Positions 59,152 to 64,000 of a stretch of 64,000 bases of DNA are shown in pieces. The stretch comes from a virus (Duplodnaviria > Heunggongvirae > Uroviricota > Caudoviricetes): the IMG/VR virus record IMGVR_UViG_3300031418_000001. One strand, 5' to 3'. A model generated the notes under the pieces. The model worked only from the letters and a program-made list of their open reading frames with translations. It ran no database searches and was not told the origin of the DNA. The position numbers and the translations under genes are program-made. Position 1 is the stretch's first letter, and the number at the start of each line of letters is the position of its first letter.

Positions 59152-60255
59152 ATGTCTAAATTAGAAAAGTTTCTAAAAGAATCTACCCTGCCAGAAGAAG
59201 CCAAAAAGCTAATTCAAGAAGCATGGAATGAAGAAAAGAAATCAGTTGCTGCTGATATTCGAAGTGAAATGAAAACTCGTTATCAAGAAGACTTAGATCG
59301 TTTAACCGAAGGTCTTGATTCTTTAATGAAGAACGTTATTAAAGAAGAAATGAAACCTGTTTATGATGAAAAACGTAAACTTGTTGAAGACCGTGTAAAA
59401 ATTCGCTCTGCTCTTGGTAATTTTTCAAACTTCGCAAATGAAGTACTTGCTGAAGAAGTTAAACAGTTCAGAACTGAACGTAAAGATCTACATGAATCAA
59501 TGCAAAAATTTGTTAGTTTCAGTAACAAAGTACTTGCTGAAGAACTTAAAGAGTTCCATGTAGAGAAACGTCAATTAGTAGAACAACGTGTTAAGTTAAT
59601 TGCAGAAGGTAAACAACGTATTAATGAAGCCCAAAAACGCTTTGTTGAACGTGCAAGTGGTACTGCTGCTAAATTCATCGAAGAAAGTGTTCGTGCTGAA
59701 TTTACTAACCTACGTTCTGAGCTACATGAAGCAAAACAAAATATGTTTGGTCGTAAAATTTTCGAAGCGTTTGCTGGTGAGTTCCTACAGAACCAGTTTA
59801 AAGAAAATTCAGTACTACGTAAACTTAACGAATCAATTAAATCTAAAGAAGATGAAGTACTAAGTACTAAACTTGCTTTAAATGAGACTCGTAAACAAGT
59901 AGAACAAACTAAACGTAAACTTAGTATTATGGAAGATAGTCAGAAACGTGAAAAAGCGATTTCCGAGCTAACTAAACCACTAAACACTAATCAAAAACGT
60001 ATTATGGAATCCCTGTTAGAAAGTACTGCTACAGAAAATCTAAAAGATGATTTCAACAAGTACATTAAATCCGTACTTAAAGAATCTGCTGTTACAAATA
60101 GCCGTCCAGCAGTTAATAATCAGGCTAAATCAACTTTATCTGAATCTAAAGATATTACCGGAAACAGAAAAAGTATTATTGCGGAAAGCGAAATTGATGA
60201 CGAAGACAAAGCACTATTAGAAGCTCTGGCTCGCAATGCAGGTCTTAACAAATAA
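59152..60255 (+). CDS. gp22: Prohead scaffolding protein
   Basis: Coiled-coil protein between protease and MCP, containing GRKIFEAFAGEF. Confidence 0.88.
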   Translation: MSKLEKFLKESTLPEEAKKLIQEAWNEEKKSVAADIRSEMKTRYQEDLDRLTEGLDSLMKNVIKEEMKPVYDEKRKLVEDRVKIRSALGNFSNFANEVLAEEVKQFRTERKDLHESMQKFVSFSNKVLAEELKEFHVEKRQLVEQRVKLIAEGKQRINEAQKRFVERASGTAAKFIEESVRAEFTNLRSELHEAKQNMFGRKIFEAFAGEFLQNQFKENSVLRKLNESIKSKEDEVLSTKLALNETRKQVEQTKRKLSIMEDSQKREKAISELTKPLNTNQKRIMESLLESTATENLKDDFNKYIKSVLKESAVTNSRPAVNNQAKSTLSESKDITGNRKSIIAESEIDDEDKALLEALARNAGLNK

Positions 60256-60353
60256 AAACTGCAAAAATTTCGTATTATTAAATGCTAAAAAATTTGTTTG
60301 ATAAATAATATCATACAAAAAAGGAAAAATATCTTTTCAAGGAGATTATAATA

Positions 60354-61529
60354 ATGTCACAATTTTTAACTGAAAGTAAATGGGCTGCTATTAAAGGTAC
60401 TCTAACTGAGGGTCTAAAGGGCAACCGTAAAACTGTAATGGAAACCGTTCTTGATAACCAACGTAAAGTAATGCTAACTGAAAGTGCTACCTCTGGTTCA
60501 ACTTCTGCTGGTAACGTTGCAACTCTAAACAAAGTTATCCTACCAATCATTCGTCGTGTAATGCCAACCGTTATCGCTAACGAAATTATCGGTGTTCAGC
60601 CAATGACTGGCCCTGTAGGTCAAATTCATACCCTACGTGTACAATACGCTGACAATGCACCTGGTGTTGTTGCTGGTGAAGAAGCACTATCTCCATATAA
60701 AATTGCAAAATCTTATACTGGTGAAACTGGTTCAAGTAATGATAATCCACAAGCTGCTCCAACTTCACAGCTTGAAGGTGTAATGGGTCGTCGTGTTAAC
60801 GTTCGTATCCTACGTGAAACAGTAGAAGCGAAATCTCGTCGTCTATCTGCTCGTTGGACTGTTGAAGCTGCACAAGATGCACAATCACAGCACGGTATTG
60901 ATATTGAAGCTGAACTAATGGCTGCTATCGCTACTGAAATCACCACTGAGATCGACCAAGAGCTACTATTCAAGCTACGTTCTCTACCTGGTGCTGCTGC
61001 TGTTACTTATGATCAGTCTAAAGTTACTGGTGTTGCTACCTTCGTTGGTGACGAACACGCTGCTCTTGCTGTTCTAATTAACAACCAAGCGAACAAAATT
61101 GCTCAACGTACTAAACGCGGTGCTGCAAACTGGGCTGTTGTATCTAACACTGCTCTAACTATTCTACAGTCTGCTGGTACTTCATCTTTTGCTCGTACTA
61201 CTGAAGGTACTTTCGAAGCACCTACTAACGTTAAGTTTGTTGGTACTCTAAACGGTTCAATGAAGATTTATGTTGATACCTATGCTGACGATACTACTGA
61301 AGTTCTAATCGGTTATAAAGGTACTCAAGAAACTGATGCTGGTGTATTCTATTGCCCATACATCCCACTAATGAGTTCTGGTACTGTAATGGATCCGAAC
61401 ACTGGTGAGCTTGTAACAAGTTTCCTAACTCGTTATGGTTTCGTTGCACTAACTGATAGTACTTCTTCTCTTGGTAACGCTGCTGATTATTACAGCAAAA
61501 TCGCTATCAAAAACGTTACTTTCATGTAA
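60354..61529 (+). CDS. gp23: Major capsid protein
   Basis: IRRVMPTVIANEIIGVQPMTGPVGQIHTLR, VEAKSRRLSARWTVEAAQD, GVFYCPYIPL, TRYG. Confidence 0.97.
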   Translation: MSQFLTESKWAAIKGTLTEGLKGNRKTVMETVLDNQRKVMLTESATSGSTSAGNVATLNKVILPIIRRVMPTVIANEIIGVQPMTGPVGQIHTLRVQYADNAPGVVAGEEALSPYKIAKSYTGETGSSNDNPQAAPTSQLEGVMGRRVNVRILRETVEAKSRRLSARWTVEAAQDAQSQHGIDIEAELMAAIATEITTEIDQELLFKLRSLPGAAAVTYDQSKVTGVATFVGDEHAALAVLINNQANKIAQRTKRGAANWAVVSNTALTILQSAGTSSFARTTEGTFEAPTNVKFVGTLNGSMKIYVDTYADDTTEVLIGYKGTQETDAGVFYCPYIPLMSSGTVMDPNTGELVTSFLTRYGFVALTDSTSSLGNAADYYSKIAIKNVTFM

Positions 61530-61551
61530 TAGTATTGAAGATAAAAAATTT

Positions 61552-61580
61552 AAAAAGGAACCTACGGGTTCCTTTTTTTT
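61552..61580 (+). terminator. Intrinsic terminator after MCP
   Basis: GGAACC-tacg-GGTTCC-T8+. Confidence 0.92.
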
Positions 61581-61662
61581 TGTCCAAAAATCTTGACTTA
61601 AATAGTATTAGTTCTTAGAGTGATAGATGTAATTTTACGTTTTAATGGATGAAAAATAAACG

Positions 61663-61691
61663 TGAAATGGTTAAATTTTGTGTGCTATACT
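61663..61691 (+). promoter_or_regulatory. Putative early/middle promoter TGAAAT-N17-TATACT
   Basis: Variant of the shared motif, with extended TGTGC before TATACT. Confidence 0.65.
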
Positions 61692-61730
61692 CCCTATATA
61701 AGCACACCTACGCTTTTGCAAGGAGTGCTT

Positions 61731-62102
61731 ATGCGTATTAGAAATGATGATTATGTAGTGGTCTTCAGATTACCAATGGATATGAGTTTTAAATCGTATT
61801 TTAGTGATTGTGAAATACTTTTGAACTCTAACGATTTGGTAGCGGTATTCGAAGAAACATGCACATTAGCTATAGGTTCCGGTACTTATAAAGTGAACTG
61901 GAACAAGTATATGAATTTGGTACAAGGATGTTATATTGATGAAATGTGTTACTCTGAGTACTTAACTAAGTACAGAGAACATCTTCTGAAGTGTAATCCA
62001 GATGCACCAGTTATTGCAACGATAAACGAATCAACTGAAAACAGTACCCCAGGTAAAATGGTTACTATTGCAGGTGCAAATATATTACTACAGAGATACT
62101 AA
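61731..62102 (+). CDS. Hypothetical protein
   Basis: The start was moved to ATG61731 after AAGGAG, because the ORF-track start lies inside the promoter. Confidence 0.7.
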   Translation: MRIRNDDYVVVFRLPMDMSFKSYFSDCEILLNSNDLVAVFEETCTLAIGSGTYKVNWNKYMNLVQGCYIDEMCYSEYLTKYREHLLKCNPDAPVIATINESTENSTPGKMVTIAGANILLQRY

Positions 62103-62398
62103 TGCCTAAAATAAAAAGAACAGATTACGCTAAAGTAGACGTATATGAAGATGAATACGTTGGAATGCCCTATGAACATTTGGTAAATCTTTTACACAGT
62201 GAATTTGGTGTACCACGCCACATGATTGAATACCATCCATGTGCTGGTGATGAAAGTTTATTTTTACGTTTCAAAGGAAACTCCTTCTGGCTATTTGAAA
62301 TAGATGAAGAACAATTTTACAGTTCAGATGAATGGAATGAACATGTAATGTTTCGTTTAAACGCTGTATACACTCAGATGGAAAAAATAATGGACTAA
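62102..62398 (+). CDS. Hypothetical protein
   Basis: Coupled ORF. Confidence 0.7.
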   Translation: MPKIKRTDYAKVDVYEDEYVGMPYEHLVNLLHSEFGVPRHMIEYHPCAGDESLFLRFKGNSFWLFEIDEEQFYSSDEWNEHVMFRLNAVYTQMEKIMD

Positions 62399-62431
62399 AT
62401 AACTCACCTTGAATATTAGGAGAGTTATGTT

Positions 62432-62734
62432 ATGTCACAGATTTGCTATGTTATTACTAATGCTGCATATCCAGAATGGGTTAAAGTTGGATTTACTTCT
62501 AAGTCTGAAATGACATCACGGCTTAGAGTGTATCAAACTGGTTCACCATTCAGGGATTATGAAGTATATCATCAAGTACTTTTCGAAGATGCCAAAAGTG
62601 CAGAACAAGAAGTACATAAGCGTTTGAAAATGATGGGTGCTCATAAGAAAAATGAGTGGTTTAAAATTTCAAAGAAACTTGCAGCAAATATAATTGATGC
62701 AGTATTTGATGATATAGAGAATGATCTGATATGA
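62432..62734 (+). CDS. T5orf172 / GIY-YIG-like domain protein
   Basis: CYVITN...VKVGFT...RLRVYQTGSP...EQEVHKRL...NEWF. Confidence 0.8.
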   Translation: MSQICYVITNAAYPEWVKVGFTSKSEMTSRLRVYQTGSPFRDYEVYHQVLFEDAKSAEQEVHKRLKMMGAHKKNEWFKISKKLAANIIDAVFDDIENDLI

Positions 62735-63198
62735 AACAAATTAACTTTAATCGTATTGCAAGAGCACTTACACATTACAGTACTCATGGATACAAAAGAA
62801 CTGACCTTGATATTGGTTCAGATATTAGTTCTGTACTAATGGAAGAAGGTAAACATCTGTATGTACTTCCTGTCGGTATTTCATTTGGAATTAGTATTTT
62901 CCTCGTTAAAAGTTATGAAAGAACATCCACCAGCAATATGACTGAATCTGAAATGAATTTCTTTAAATCTGAAATTCATTATGAGTTAATTGGTATGGCA
63001 AGAAGTGCACGGGTGTTCCTCAACACAGAAGGTGTTCAAACTAATATTATTGAAATTGATAATGATAAGATTGAACTACAGGATAAACATACCAATAATA
63101 CAATTGCTGTATTTGAATTTAAACAGACAGGTAATGTAGAATACCTTATTGGCAAGGTACTTGAAGAACCATTGTTTGCTTTTTTGACTGATAAGTAA
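62731..63198 (+). CDS. Hypothetical protein
   Basis: Coupled ORF (ATGA overlap). Confidence 0.7.
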   Translation: MKQINFNRIARALTHYSTHGYKRTDLDIGSDISSVLMEEGKHLYVLPVGISFGISIFLVKSYERTSTSNMTESEMNFFKSEIHYELIGMARSARVFLNTEGVQTNIIEIDNDKIELQDKHTNNTIAVFEFKQTGNVEYLIGKVLEEPLFAFLTDK

Positions 63199-63253
63199 AG
63201 AACACAAGTCCTCTTAATAAATAATGTATAATTATACATAAAGAGGACTTTGT

Positions 63254-64000
63254 ATGAGTTTAAGTATTAATCATCCGAGTGGTAAGGTAACGAGTACTAC
63301 ATCCTTATCATTTGAAGTTCAAGGTGGCTCACCTACAGCCCCACGAAATATAAATTTAACAGCTTCATCAGTTATTATGCCTAACGTGCAACAACCAGTT
63401 GGACAACCAGGTGCAATTATTTTTGATGCAAATGCAAAAAGAATGAAGTACTATGATGGTACTGAATGGATTACTTGGGTTCCAAGTTCTGATATTATCA
63501 ATCCAATTCAACAAGATTTAACAGACATTCGTAACAGACTCAATACTAAAGTGGATTCTGTTATTTTCAACAGCAGTGCAGTACCTACCGCAAGTATCAG
63601 TGGAACCACATTATATATAACTTTCCCTACTGGTAGTAACAGTGGGTCAGGTAATGGTTTGTTCACTTCTTTACCTCCAGGTTCTATTACTCAGTATTCA
63701 TTAATTTCTGGACAAACACCAGCAAGTATCCGTGAACAAATGGGTGGTTCAACAGGCTCACAGAACGGAAGAAACGGTACTCAATCTGCACCATATATTA
63801 CAAGTACTGGCTGGTGCTTTGCAGACGGTAATTACTGGCTGTGGAGAGGATCTACGGGTGATGTTATACAACGTGTTCCGAATTTAAACCAGAATGCTTA
63901 TTTAAAAGCTATGAGTACTTCAGGTATAACCAAAACTGACTCTACTATAGCTGCATCCGGTTCAATTGGAAATACTGCGTTGAGTATTGCACAATTACCG
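63254..64000 (+). CDS. Tail fibre / tail-collar-domain protein, 3'-truncated (absent from the ORF track)
   Basis: Open from ATG63254 (RBS GAGG; TAAATA at 63218) to the window end. Translates as MSLSINHPSGK...GWCFADG...VPNLNQNAYLK...LSIAQLP. Confidence 0.75.
   Translation, partial: MSLSINHPSGKVTSTTSLSFEVQGGSPTAPRNINLTASSVIMPNVQQPVGQPGAIIFDANAKRMKYYDGTEWITWVPSSDIINPIQQDLTDIRNRLNTKVDSVIFNSSAVPTASISGTTLYITFPTGSNSGSGNGLFTSLPPGSITQYSLISGQTPASIREQMGGSTGSQNGRNGTQSAPYITSTGWCFADGNYWLWRGSTGDVIQRVPNLNQNAYLKAMSTSGITKTDSTIAASGSIGNTALSIAQLP

Noticed and set aside
61592-61621. TTGACT-N17-TAGAGT as a sigma70 promoter
   Set aside because: The -10 match is poor, and a better TGAAAT/TATACT promoter lies just downstream.
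62731-63198. Possible degenerate class II aminoacyl-tRNA-synthetase-like protein
   Set aside because: There is only a vague N-terminal resemblance and no recognisable motifs 2 or 3, so it is left as hypothetical.
252-63239. Many 60-120 aa ORFs overlapping or antisense to the annotated genes
   Set aside because: They lack RBSs and recognisable motifs and sit inside well-supported genes, as expected by chance in AT-rich DNA.
1-64000. Stop-codon reassignment, as in some jumbo phages
   Set aside because: The standard code gives full-length, densely packed genes, including a 3,300-aa ORF.

Overview
The window is part of a large, AT-rich, lytic T4-related jumbo myovirus genome. Gene content and order resemble the Rak2/GAP32/PBECO4-like enterobacterial jumbo phages; this is inferred, not searched. 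From the left it carries: a MoxR-type AAA ATPase (5'-truncated) with its VWA/metallopeptidase partner, small hypotheticals and thymidylate synthase; a minus-strand receptor-binding cluster (fibres, a beta-helix depolymerase, a fibre chaperone); an ART-fold gene, virion genes, a NUDIX hydrolase, neck/tail-completion genes and a ClpA-like ATPase; a baseplate operon (3,300-aa wedge, gp6, gp25, lysozyme, gp5, hub, gp53, gp48/54-like); gp55 sigma, gp47/gp46 nuclease and endonuclease VII; a gp26/gp51-like chaperone pair; the tape-measure-like, portal, prohead core, protease, scaffold and major capsid genes; and a few accessory genes. No tRNA, rRNA, CRISPR array, intron or integrase was seen. The main features not explained by the ORFs are: (1) a ~490-nt promoter-driven, highly structured candidate ncRNA at 51.06-51.55 kb; (2) strong over-representation of the palindrome AGTACT; (3) a U-UUU-UUC -1 frameshift site joining the gp26- and gp51-like ORFs; (4) a five-copy TGAAAC-N16/17-TATACT promoter class; (5) a CTG-to-CTA leucine codon switch between the AAA ATPase and major capsid genes.
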